A DNA stretch of 64,000 nucleotides from assembly GCA_034520565.1 (NCBI GenBank), contig JAXHNL010000002.1, positions 32,001-96,000 on the forward strand, in the 5' to 3' direction. The translations under genes were made by a program, and so were the position numbers. The notes below the pieces were generated by a model. It was not told the DNA's origin. It ran no database searches and worked only from the letters and a program-made list of their open reading frames with translations. The stretch is from Halodesulfurarchaeum sp. (GTDB taxonomy: Archaea; Halobacteriota; Halobacteria; Halobacteriales; Halobacteriaceae). Below, piece by piece: positions 11,389 to 20,858 of the stretch (positions within the stretch are counted from its first letter, which is position 1; each line of letters starts with the position of its first letter).

Positions 11389-11624
11389 TGTGTAGCACTT
11401 ACATAGTCACATATGTTGCCGGATAATATAACACCGGTCCTCAACAATACAGGTAGTTAAATGGCATCACACCGCACATAGGAGAGCGGTTTTTGCCAAT
11501 AGTATCCCCAAAATGGGGCTTTGCCCCCTTTACCGGTGAATTCGGGTCGCATGAATTGGTTCAAAGAATGCATGTGGCCGTCGAATGTCAGATGAACCGC
11601 CCCGTACCGGAACTGAAATGAGTG

Positions 11625-12305
11625 CTATTCAACCATGGAACCAACGTATGGGCAGGTAGTGACGTATTCACAGTCCCCACAGCTGAGCAGCAGATCGGCC
11701 TGTTCGATGTTTGCTCCCAACCCTATTGCAAACGTGAACGTTTTTCTCGGCTCGGTGACGCGTGAATTCCGGAGGAAGACATCTATTTTCTCCGTTTCCA
11801 ACCGTTCAAACATGAAGCCTCGATTCTCGATATCCCACCCATCTCCCCGGGTTCCCGGGGGGAAAACTCGTGTGGTGTTATAACCGTTCTCGGATGCCCA
11901 CTCCTTGATTTCGGTCAACAGACTGATTCTGGCCAGTTGCAGCGCGACGTTTTCCATCGCGTCAGCGACGAGTGTCGGGAGTAATCCACTGACTGAATCC
12001 GAATCTTTCACGCCATCACCGATCGTCAGAACGCCCGGGACGATCCAGTCGGATTCCGTCAGACGTTCGGGGGGATCGAATCCCGCAATACCGGATTCAT
12101 CAATCGGAATTGCTCGAAACATCCCACGGGTTGACAACGCAGATTCCACGACGCCATGGAGACCCTCGACTTCGTCTCTCAACTCTTCACCGGAGTGGGT
12201 TGACCCTGCCCACCGGGGAAATGGGGGCGTTTCCATAATTCGATCGACGGTGAAGTCGATCTCGATGGGGTCGACAATTCTCGACTCCGACGAGGGCTCC
12301 GCCAT
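11625..12305 (-). CDS. Stand-alone methionine synthase activation-domain-like protein with C-terminal Cys cluster
   Basis: VLTIG, TTRVFPPG...WDIEN..FMFERL...IDV.L....EPRKTFTFAIGLG resembles the RFSPG...P.KS..IG core; tail CGDC-x4-CPY. Confidence 0.6.
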   Translation of the reverse strand: MAEPSSESRIVDPIEIDFTVDRIMETPPFPRWAGSTHSGEELRDEVEGLHGVVESALSTRGMFRAIPIDESGIAGFDPPERLTESDWIVPGVLTIGDGVKDSDSVSGLLPTLVADAMENVALQLARISLLTEIKEWASENGYNTTRVFPPGTRGDGWDIENRGFMFERLETEKIDVFLRNSRVTEPRKTFTFAIGLGANIEQADLLLSCGDCEYVTTCPYVGSMVE

Positions 12306-12405
12306 GTGACTGCATAGCAGTTTGACGGTGAAAGCTTTACCTGCCGTTACTGAATGGGGGAATTCGTCGAATTATCGGGAAGTATCTACTTCGAGCATCC
12401 ACTCA

Positions 12406-12535
12406 AATACGATGTTGTACGGTGCCTGGAAAGGGATGGACAATTTGGATTGGCAACACCAGCGGCTGCAGGTAGATGCCCGGAGTCCTGAATTGGAGGA
12501 GAAGTTGGAGTGGGATCTTTCTATCGTGGAGTCAT
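12406..12535 (+). repeat. Direct repeat copy 1 (about 130 bp gene remnant)
   Basis: Ungapped alignment to 16891-17020 with about 22 mismatches by hand count; encodes NTMLYGAWKGMDNLDWQHQRLQVDARSPELEE. Confidence 0.85.
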
Positions 12536-12624
12536 CTGCGGAACTGCGTAACGCGTAGATTTGGAGACTGATTTCGGGCGGATATCGGTTCGTAGTAAGT
12601 GATGTGAGAAACGGGCATCGAGAA

Positions 12625-12890
12625 CGAGAAGATCGAGACCCGGAACCAGCGGACGAAGTGGGGGAGTTGCTCGACGACTGGCACACTCGGCATGAACTGG
12701 CGGCTGCTGATGGCCCCCGAGTCGGTGATCGATTACGTGGTCGTGCACGATCTCGCCCATCTCGGAGAATCCAATCACACCGACGCGTTCTGGGCACTCG
12801 TGGCCGAATACGACCCCGACTACCAGGAACACGCGAGATGGTTAGAGGAGCACAGCACTCGGGGGATCTTCTCCGAAAACGATCTCTACC
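12625..12890 (+). pseudogene. C-terminal remnant of YgjP/DUF45 (M48-like) metallopeptidase
   Basis: EKIETRNQRTKWGSCSTTGTLGMNWRLLMAPESVIDYVVVHDLAHLGESNHTDAFW; 5' part missing, HExxH changed to HDLAH, no stop before cysK. Confidence 0.8.
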
Positions 12891-13826
12891 CTACTCGAAC
12901 AGATCAGTCGACAGGTACCGCTCGCCCGTATCCGGCAACAGCGTCACCACCGTCCGATCCGCGTTCTCGGATCGAGTGGCCACCTCGCGAGCCGCATGGA
13001 GGGCGGCCCCGCAGGAGATCCCGGCCAAGACTCCCGTCTCACGGGCCAACTCTCGCGTCGCGGCCTTGCTCGCCTCGGTCTCGACCGTCACCACCTCGTC
13101 GAGCAGCGACACGTCCAGCACGTCCGGCACGAACCCGGCCCCGATGCCCTGGATGCCGTGGCTGCCCGACTCCTCGCCGGACAGCACCGCCGAGCCCGTC
13201 GGCTCAACCGCGATCGCCTCGAAATCCTCGCGACCCTGCTCTTCCTTGAAGTACTGTGCGACGCCGGTGACGGTCCCGCCAGTGCCCACGCCCGCGACGA
13301 AAACGTCGACCGCCCCATCCGTCGCCGCGTCGATCTCGGGGCCGGTCGTCTCGCGATGAATGCGGGGATTGGCCGGGTTCTCGAACTGCTGGGGAACGAA
13401 GGCGTCCTCGAACTCCGCCGCGAGTTCGTCCGCCCGGTCGATCGCACCGGGCATGCCCCCATCCGCGGATGTGAGCTCCAGCTCCGCGCCGAGGGCCCGG
13501 AGGAGCGAGCGGCGCTCCTCGCTCATCGATTCGGGCATGGTAAGCACGAGGTCATAGCCCTTCGCCGCGGCGGCGAAGGCCAGGCCGATGCCCGTGTTCC
13601 CGCTCGTCGGCTCAACGATGGTGGTCTCAGCCCCGAGTTCGCCCGCCTCCTCGGCGGCTTCGAGCATCGAAACCGCAATGCGGTCTTTCACCGAGGACAT
13701 GGGGTTGAATGCCTCGAGTTTGGCGAGGAGGTTGGGGGCGAATTCGTCGAGGCGGAGCAGCGGCGTATGGCCCACCAGTTCGGTCGGGTTCTCGGCGATT
13801 CGATCGGCGGAAAAATCTTCGTGCAT
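12891..13826 (-). CDS. cysK: Cysteine synthase A
   Basis: [56 protein letters not shown]. Confidence 0.96.
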   Translation of the reverse strand: MHEDFSADRIAENPTELVGHTPLLRLDEFAPNLLAKLEAFNPMSSVKDRIAVSMLEAAEEAGELGAETTIVEPTSGNTGIGLAFAAAAKGYDLVLTMPESMSEERRSLLRALGAELELTSADGGMPGAIDRADELAAEFEDAFVPQQFENPANPRIHRETTGPEIDAATDGAVDVFVAGVGTGGTVTGVAQYFKEEQGREDFEAIAVEPTGSAVLSGEESGSHGIQGIGAGFVPDVLDVSLLDEVVTVETEASKAATRELARETGVLAGISCGAALHAAREVATRSENADRTVVTLLPDTGERYLSTDLFE

Positions 13827-14065
13827 TCTAGGCGATCCTCATTTTTCCGGCTATTTAGCGACCCATTTCATTTTCAGGTGTTGAGAAAGCCCGTGCCTGT
13901 CGGCAACCGGCTGTTCGATCCGATCTCGCCTGCGGTGAGCGTGAACCAACCCGCTTCATCCGAACACGGCCATCGAACCCCGAACCCGAAATTCCCCCCT
14001 GACCCCAATCACGTGGATAAAACCCTTATCCCTCCTTCGGGCCTCGTTGTAACTGATCTACCACC

Positions 14066-15280
14066 GTGTCACTCTCCGACGAGGAAGCACGAAACGAATT
14101 GTACGCCCTCCTCCACCGACCCGTCTCCAGGAAGGAGGCCTTCGAGCGGATCCTGGAGGTCGGGGCCGAATACCTCGACATCGACCACGGACATATCACC
14201 GACATCGACGAGACGGCGAACCGCTGGGAGGTGATCAGTTCGAACGACGACCCCGACGGCCCATACCCCGAAGGGTTGTCCGTCGATCTGGACGAGACCT
14301 ACTGCCGCCGGACGTTCCAGCAATCGACGCCGATCGCATTGCACAACGCCGGCGAACAGGGCTGGGCCGATAATCCAGCCTACAAACGCCACCGACTCGA
14401 GACCTACCTGGGCATTCGGGTCGAGGCGTTCGACGAGCCGTATGGCACCCTCTGTTTCGTCGAGGAGCAGGCCAGAGCGGAACCGTTCACCGAGGCCGAG
14501 CAGTTCTTCCTCGAACTGGCCGGCCAGGTCCTCCGAACGGTTCTCGAGGAGACCCACCAGGAGAAGGTCATCTCGAACCGGGACCGGCTGATCGCGATCC
14601 TCAATCGGGTGCTGCGGCACAACCTCCGGAACGACCTCACGGTCGTCCAGGGCTATGCGGGAATGCTGGCCGACCAAACCGAATCCGAGCGGACACGCTG
14701 GGCGACGAAGATCGGGCAGATTAGCACGGAGTTGATCTCCCTCGCCGACAAAAGTCGGAAACTGGAGACGTTGACGCGGGATGTCCCGGTCCCGCGGCCG
14801 ACCGACATTGTTCCACTCCTCGAGGAAACCGTCGAGCGCGTTCGGATGGACTATCCGGACGCGGACCTGGTAGTCGACGCGCCCGCCGAGGCGATAACCT
14901 ATGCCGCCCCGGCACTCTCGACGGCAATCGAGGAACTGCTGGAGAACGCAGTCACCCACGGCGGCCCGGAAGTCAGCGTGCGCCTCGCGATCTCACAAAC
15001 GGATTCCCAGACGGTCGTCCGCGTCGAGGACGACGGGCCGGGACTCTCGGGGGATGAACGACGCGTGTTACTCGAGGAAGACGAGACGGCCCTGGAACAC
15101 GGAAGCGGGCTCGGGCTGGCCCTCGTCCACTGGGTCCTCACCAATCTCGAAGGGACCATCGAGGTGTCCGGGGGCGAGTCCGGAACGGCAGTCGAACTGC
15201 GATTACCTCGCGGGGAGTCGGTCTCGAAGCGGGCTGAGGGGTCCGAGACGGTGTCACGTTCATCCGAGCAGGAGGCCTAA
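14066..15280 (+). CDS. GAF-domain sensor histidine kinase
   Basis: GAF (ETYCRRT, YLGIRV, YGTLCF), H-box LRHNLRNDL, N-box ELLENAVTHG, DDGPG, GSGLGL. Confidence 0.92.
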   Translation: MSLSDEEARNELYALLHRPVSRKEAFERILEVGAEYLDIDHGHITDIDETANRWEVISSNDDPDGPYPEGLSVDLDETYCRRTFQQSTPIALHNAGEQGWADNPAYKRHRLETYLGIRVEAFDEPYGTLCFVEEQARAEPFTEAEQFFLELAGQVLRTVLEETHQEKVISNRDRLIAILNRVLRHNLRNDLTVVQGYAGMLADQTESERTRWATKIGQISTELISLADKSRKLETLTRDVPVPRPTDIVPLLEETVERVRMDYPDADLVVDAPAEAITYAAPALSTAIEELLENAVTHGGPEVSVRLAISQTDSQTVVRVEDDGPGLSGDERRVLLEEDETALEHGSGLGLALVHWVLTNLEGTIEVSGGESGTAVELRLPRGESVSKRAEGSETVSRSSEQEA

Positions 15281-15574
15281 CGGCGGATGCAGTGGGGGCC
15301 CTGATGAGAGACGACCCCATCTCGTGTTCATCCGATTCCCGAGAGTGCCACCGGCCGGTGAGAGGTCGGTGATGGAATCGAGTGAGAGGTCCCGGGGGAG
15401 CAGTGGGCAAAGACAACCGCGAGCATTGCAATCGAACGGGCGGTTGGGGCGATTTCTACAGACAAAGACCGTGGGCATTCCCTGATCGACGAGCCCGTCG
15501 AAGTTCAGCCCCTTATTTAGGTGAAACCCGATTTACACTTGAAGTTTTTATAGTAGCGGTCCGTATTGTGGCAT

Positions 15575-16270
15575 ATGAACCGTGAGACGGAGCCTACAGA
15601 TTCGTCGGGGACATTCATTTCGCTTTCAATACCACCTTCGGATCCAGCTTTATTCAAACACAAAGCGACGAGCGACGTCCTCCTCTTTTTAACGAATCAC
15701 CGATTCAGTGACTTCTCACTGCGAGAACTCGCGACACAGATCGGTCACTCACATCAGTCCGTCCGACGGGCAGTAAACGTTCTCAGCGCGAACGACCTGG
15801 TCGTCGACTCTCCTGAAAGCAACCAGCGACTCGTCCAGATCAACAGACAGCGCCTGTCTATTCCAGACGATCCGATTCTCCGAATTCCCCAATCAGAGTA
15901 TCACCGACCGGTCAAAGCTGCGGTTACCGAGCTTCGTGAGAACATCAACGACGTCGTCGGCATCATCCTGTATGGGAGTGTGGCTCGGGGCGAGGCTGAC
16001 CGACGGAGCGATATCGATCTCTGGGTGCTAACCCGTTCTGGGCGGGCCGAAAGCCAACGAGAAGCGAACGCCATTGCCCGTGACCTCGAAGACACGGAGT
16101 TCGATGGTGACCGATACGCCTACGATATCGACGTCGAGGCCGTCCAGGCGATTCCGGCCTACACTGAGGACATCCGGGAGATCGTCGTTTCAGGGATTCC
16201 GGTCTACAAGACGAGTGACTTCGAAACCGTCGAAAACCTCCTCTTGGAGGAAGGAGCCGCCGATGAGTAA
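15575..16270 (+). CDS. HTH-fused minimal nucleotidyltransferase (MNT antitoxin)
   Basis: FSLRELA..IGHSHQSVRRAV helix-turn-helix; YGSVARGEADRRSDIDL (GSx10DxD). Confidence 0.88.
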   Translation: MNRETEPTDSSGTFISLSIPPSDPALFKHKATSDVLLFLTNHRFSDFSLRELATQIGHSHQSVRRAVNVLSANDLVVDSPESNQRLVQINRQRLSIPDDPILRIPQSEYHRPVKAAVTELRENINDVVGIILYGSVARGEADRRSDIDLWVLTRSGRAESQREANAIARDLEDTEFDGDRYAYDIDVEAVQAIPAYTEDIREIVVSGIPVYKTSDFETVENLLLEEGAADE

Positions 16271-16772
16271 CGGCTCGGACCCGACCGCTGTACTCACAGC
16301 ACTCGACCGCGCACAGGATGCCTTCGAGATGGTCGGACGCGGTCGGGCAGCGTTCGAGGACGGGATTAGTGCCGACGAAGACTGGAAGACTCAACTGACG
16401 AAAGCGTGTCGCCTCCTCGAGGTTGTTGACACCCTCCAGTCACAGGACGGGTACTACACGGCCGTCATCGAGGTCTGCTTCGGCGCTATCGAACGGTCGA
16501 TCGAGGCGTACGCGCTCGCGATGACGAACGATACGCTTCAGGACTTTCAGGACCACCAATTCAGCTACGAGCGTGCCCACCAGATCGGGCTGTTTGAGCG
16601 GGAGACAGCAGAGGCAATGAAGGACCTCTACAGCGAGAACCGCACAGAGAGTTATTACGGCGGCGGGCGTCCAACTGAAGAACAGGCGGAAGCAATGACC
16701 GACCTTGCCAGCGCAGTTCATCAGTTCGCAGTGAGCCAGATTCGGGAAGGTGGCGTCTGTCTGTGTGACTGA
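16263..16772 (+). CDS. HEPN-like partner of MNT (putative toxin)
   Basis: Overlaps the MNT stop; QLTKACRLL, YYTAVIEVCFGAIERSIEAY, ENRTESYY. Confidence 0.75.
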   Translation: MSNGSDPTAVLTALDRAQDAFEMVGRGRAAFEDGISADEDWKTQLTKACRLLEVVDTLQSQDGYYTAVIEVCFGAIERSIEAYALAMTNDTLQDFQDHQFSYERAHQIGLFERETAEAMKDLYSENRTESYYGGGRPTEEQAEAMTDLASAVHQFAVSQIREGGVCLCD

Positions 16773-16890
16773 CGGGGTCGTACGCTCCGAGGAATCGAAC
16801 GGTTCAGACGGGGAGGCGGTGGCCACCTGGGACGAGATCGAACTGCTGCTTTACATGCTCTCAGTGGCGTTTGGGGTTTTACATCTGCCG

Positions 16891-17020
16891 AATACGACGC
16901 TGTACGGGGTCTGGAAGGGGAAGGACAATTTGGACTGGCAACACGAGCGGCTGCAGGTGGATGCCAGGAGTCCGGAGTTGGAGGGGGTATTGAAGCGGGA
17001 TCTTTCAATTGTTGAGTCGT
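16891..17020 (+). repeat. Direct repeat copy 2 (gene remnant)
   Basis: About 83% identical to 12406-12535; encodes NTTLYGVWKGKDNLDWQHERLQVDARSPELEG. Confidence 0.85.
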
Positions 17021-17200
17021 ATGAGGAGGTGAGTGTCAAGTAGCGGGCGGGAACCTTCGGTTGTGATGTGTTACTGCCGGTTGATTCTCGCATTCGGAAT
17101 CAGCGAGTCACATGGAGGACGTGGCCATATTTCCGAGACAAACCGTTACGGACGGGTTCGGACAACCACGTCGGGACGGAATTTGACTCACGAGCGAGTA

Positions 17201-17719
17201 TCAATTATCGCGTGACGAATCTGCTTCGTCGGCGGGACAGAGACATTCGTGTCGCTGGCCGGCCAATTGTACGACAAAATCGTGGATTTGACCCGCCAGC
17301 GTGAGCATCCGTGTCGCAGACTGTTCGGATCCAATGCCTTCCCGGTAGTAGGTTCGAGACCGATTGTTCCGCCAGAGTCCGAGTAGCTTGTCACGAACCT
17401 CGGCGTCGTACAGCCCTGCCTGTTCAGCTCGCTCGTAGACCCGTTCGTGGGACACAAACTCCCCCTCATGCAGCATGTCCCGCTCAAAGAGATAGAACTG
17501 GAGCGTCCGTTCGATCACGCCGAAAGAGGCCTCGATAACCAACGTGTAGTATCCGTCGTCAGCCGCCAAGAATTCCGCCGCTTCGAGGAGTCGGCACGCC
17601 TTTCGGAGCTGTACCAGCGCTGGATCGTCCACGGTAAGTCCCTCCTCTGGGGACTCCGGGGTCCCTCGAAACGCTTCGATCGCATCGTCGAGCGCCGCTT
17701 CGATTGCGCTATTCTCCAT
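17201..17719 (-). CDS. HEPN-like partner of MNT, paralog 2
   Basis: QLRKACRLL, YYTLVIEASFGVIERTLQFY, NNRSRTYY; clear paralog of 16263..16772. Confidence 0.75.
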   Translation of the reverse strand: MENSAIEAALDDAIEAFRGTPESPEEGLTVDDPALVQLRKACRLLEAAEFLAADDGYYTLVIEASFGVIERTLQFYLFERDMLHEGEFVSHERVYERAEQAGLYDAEVRDKLLGLWRNNRSRTYYREGIGSEQSATRMLTLAGQIHDFVVQLAGQRHECLCPADEADSSRDN

Positions 17720-18374
17720 GGAAAACTGCCTCCTGAACTGCCTCGAGTTCGGCTGATTCCTGGAGGATGATCCCCTCGGAGAGGACCGTCCGGAGCTTCT
17801 CCCCGTACTGGTTCGCACTCTCGACCGACTCGACCATAACCTCGAACTCGTATCGGCTCCCATCGAAGGTCCGATTGCTCAGGTCCTGCCGGATTTCGTG
17901 AATGGTACGACGCGCGGCCATCAGCTCATCCGCCACCACGACGAACAGATCGATATCGCTGGCCCGATCTGCCTCCCCACGGGCCACACTTCCGAAGACG
18001 AGCACCCCGACGACGTTTTCCTGGGCCGCCTGGAGCTCGTCGAGGAAGGCGATGACTGGAGCACGAAACGGTTCCTGTGGGATTTCGAGGATCGGGTCGT
18101 CCGGTTTCCGTATCCGGGCCTGATTGATGCGGACGAGTTTCTGATTTCCCCGTCGCCGCGTCTCGACGAGGTCGAGTTGCGTGAAGAGATCGAGCGCGGT
18201 GTCGACGGTCTGGGCGCCGTGTCCGGTGACGTCCCTGAGTTCGCGGACGCCGAATTCCTCGTGGGGGTTCCGGTAGAGAAGGGACAGGACATCGTCCATT
18301 GCCTGGTTTCGGAACACCCTGGTCGCCGGTAACGGAATGGGGACCAGCACTCCGGGCGTGGGTTGGTCTGTCAT
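17709..18374 (-). CDS. HTH-fused MNT antitoxin, paralog 2
   Basis: FGVRELRDVTGHGAQTVDTAL HTH; PDDPILEIPQ shared with paralog 1; FGSVARGEADRASDIDL. Confidence 0.88.
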   Translation of the reverse strand: MTDQPTPGVLVPIPLPATRVFRNQAMDDVLSLLYRNPHEEFGVRELRDVTGHGAQTVDTALDLFTQLDLVETRRRGNQKLVRINQARIRKPDDPILEIPQEPFRAPVIAFLDELQAAQENVVGVLVFGSVARGEADRASDIDLFVVVADELMAARRTIHEIRQDLSNRTFDGSRYEFEVMVESVESANQYGEKLRTVLSEGIILQESAELEAVQEAVFHGE

Positions 18375-18524
18375 ATTGACCACGGTCAGTATTACGGACC
18401 AAGACGTAAATATATGGCCCCGGTGGGGTTGGATCGAGTCGTCACTCGTTGTTTGGTGGAGGTGAAGGGAGACAGGCAGGCATGGAGGGATTCGGCAGGG
18501 ACAGCAAGCATACACTACTACCGC

Positions 18525-18755
18525 GAAAGCCCCTGGCGCTGTCGAGTCGGTGCGGTCGCTGCTCGCGGGTCGCTCCCGCTCCCCGCTCGCACATTCCGGG
18601 ACTCCCGTTGGTCGTCCCGCGCTCCTCGGTTCGCTTCGCTCACCTGCGGTGCTTACTTCCCGCGCCTTCCCCGACAGGGCGGTCGGCTTGCCGACCGCCT
18701 TATAACGTGGCGGCGAAGCCGCCACGCAAGCGCCAGCCCCTTTCAGTCCCGCCCG
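18525..18755 (+). repeat. Haloarchaeal palindromic intergenic (REP/MITE-like) element
   Basis: Ends GAAAG-CCC-CTGGCGCT and AGCGCCAG-CCC-CTTTC pair around a C/C bubble; perfect internal hairpins at 18678-18699 and 18706-18726; a related copy is at 39564-39681. Confidence 0.65.
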
Positions 18756-18928
18756 TCCGTCATTCAAAATCCACATCGATCCGATATGAATCGCGTCTCA
18801 AACATCCCCCTAAATGCCATCGTGAACAAGCTCTCCGGCGGGAAGAATAACTCTATCCGACCATAGTAAATCCAGATCTTCACATCTAGTGACAAGATAC
18901 ATTTCAACGACCCACGTGGCTTCAGACG

Positions 18929-20182
18929 ATGAGTGCTGTGGGAACAGGGGACAAACCGTTGGAGCCCGAGGTGCTGGCTGTCACGAAACAAGCCCTCTTC
19001 CCGCCAAATGCTGACCGTGGGTACGCCGTAACTGACACACAGTTCGCCAAAGAAACCTGGGTGGCTGGCAAACAGATTCCCACCGAAATCCGTGAAATTC
19101 TCACGCCGTTCAATCACGTCCGAATCGGGACCGGATATCCAGACCTAGTGGGGATTGGCCGGCTCCAGGATCGATTTATTCAGGGAGGCAGTACTAACAA
19201 GGTCTCCGAGTCCCGCCCACTCGTTGCAGTTGAGGCAAAAGGGTACACTCAGGGAAATGTCGATGTGGGAAGGGGAATTCTGCAGGCGCACGACCGTCTC
19301 ACTGATGCGAACGTCGTCTATCTGTCTGCCCCCGCCAGCGCCATTACTCCTCCATCCCGTAACCTTGCACGCGATCTCAATGTGGGAATAATCGCCATCG
19401 GGGGGAATGGCGTGGAAGTCCTCGAAACCCCTCGAATCGTGGGGTCCCAAACTCCAGACGCCGCCCGGGCGATCCGGTTTCAGGCCACAGCACACGGGGT
19501 CGCAGACCAGTCCTTCGGGCTAAATCATCCGAAAAATTACCTGGCTTATCCGTTGGCCGAATACCATCCGGAACCCACCGAAGAAATTCTCTCCAGACAC
19601 GTCGTAGGGGCGGTTGATGCAGCTCGACAGGGAGCAGCGTTCCTTGGGTTGGTATACTCATCGCCGAAGGGCACAGTAGAATTGACGAACCTCGGACGGG
19701 AAGTCGTCCGGATCGGGACAGGACTTGAGGGATCAGTGGACGCGGCACTGAGACGGTTCGAGGATTGGCAACGCTCTCGCGAACGATTCATCGATATCGC
19801 AGGGGAGTGGGGGCAATTGGCGAGGTGGGTCGTGTACGAGTACCCCGCCACGGAGTTGCTCGTCGAGCAACTACAGCAATTGCACGATGAGGGAAACGAG
19901 GAACCCACGTTGCAAGAACTGGTCCTCGCGATCCACGACGGACATCCGGTGTTTGCGGTCGAACTATTCATTCGCGGTACCGACACTGCTCGAGAGGCGG
20001 TCTTCCGCGAAGACGATTCGCTCGACCCTGAGGCGCTCTCTAACGGGAATGTATACGCCGCGCCAACTACCTTCCAACTGAAAGCGATGCTCTATCATGC
20101 AGGTATCTTGACGGAGCGAGGGGCGGAGCCGCATCGTCTAAACCCGACTGAAGACGTGTGGCAGCTTCGGACGCCGGTTTGA
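18929..20182 (+). CDS. PD-(D/E)xK nuclease-like protein
   Basis: YPDLVG...LVAVEAKG...GILQA in the N-terminal half; helical C-terminal half with VELTNLGREV. Confidence 0.65.
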   Translation: MSAVGTGDKPLEPEVLAVTKQALFPPNADRGYAVTDTQFAKETWVAGKQIPTEIREILTPFNHVRIGTGYPDLVGIGRLQDRFIQGGSTNKVSESRPLVAVEAKGYTQGNVDVGRGILQAHDRLTDANVVYLSAPASAITPPSRNLARDLNVGIIAIGGNGVEVLETPRIVGSQTPDAARAIRFQATAHGVADQSFGLNHPKNYLAYPLAEYHPEPTEEILSRHVVGAVDAARQGAAFLGLVYSSPKGTVELTNLGREVVRIGTGLEGSVDAALRRFEDWQRSRERFIDIAGEWGQLARWVVYEYPATELLVEQLQQLHDEGNEEPTLQELVLAIHDGHPVFAVELFIRGTDTAREAVFREDDSLDPEALSNGNVYAAPTTFQLKAMLYHAGILTERGAEPHRLNPTEDVWQLRTPV

Positions 20183-20257
20183 CGTCCTCCCCGCGCTAGT
20201 GCGCGAGGGATCGGTTTCAAAGGTCTACGGGATTAACTGGGGATCAGCGGGAGGAGC

Positions 20258-20625
20258 TGACCGACGACTACGGACGGCATCCGCTTGTCACAACAAAACA
20301 AGGTCGTCCCGCTGCGTTGATTATTAGCAAGACCTGTTACAAGTGGTCACGCCCGTGCAAAGTGGGAGAAGGCTGTCCGCATGGCCGAAATCCGGATGAG
20401 TGCGTTGCTGTTGTCGAAGTGACCAAGCTAACGCAATGTCCATCGAGTGAAGCCTCGCACGCATTCCGCCGGGGCGGGATCACGCACCATCTCTCCAATT
20501 GCGTGCCCCAGAACGCGGTCAGCGAACGGGCAGACGTGAGTGGCGACGTATTGGAGACTCATTACGACCAGCGGACGCAGAAGGACAAGATGGAGCAGCG
20601 GCGGCAGTATCTGAATCGGTCCTGA
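20258..20625 (+). pseudogene. C-terminal remnant of haloarchaeal tyrosine integrase
   Basis: TDDYGRHPLVTTKQGRP...YKWSRPC...CPHGR...HAFRRGGITHHL...ETHYDQRT; N-terminal two-thirds absent. Confidence 0.85.
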
Positions 20626-20858
20626 ATTGGCTCCTAAACCGGTTCAATTTTGCCGATCCTCGGTCCAATCTTGTTATGTTGAGTTCTTATCGAGTGACCA
20701 TAGTTTCCCTAACTGGATTGTTGCCAACCTGCCACCATACCACTTTCAGTCCCTGCATTGGTTTTAGGGCAGTTCAGACCAAAAGGAACATGTATGTGGG
20801 GGAATCGGTCAATAAGAAACAGAGAACTTGGGTTGCAGAGCCCCTCTGTCAATAGCCT

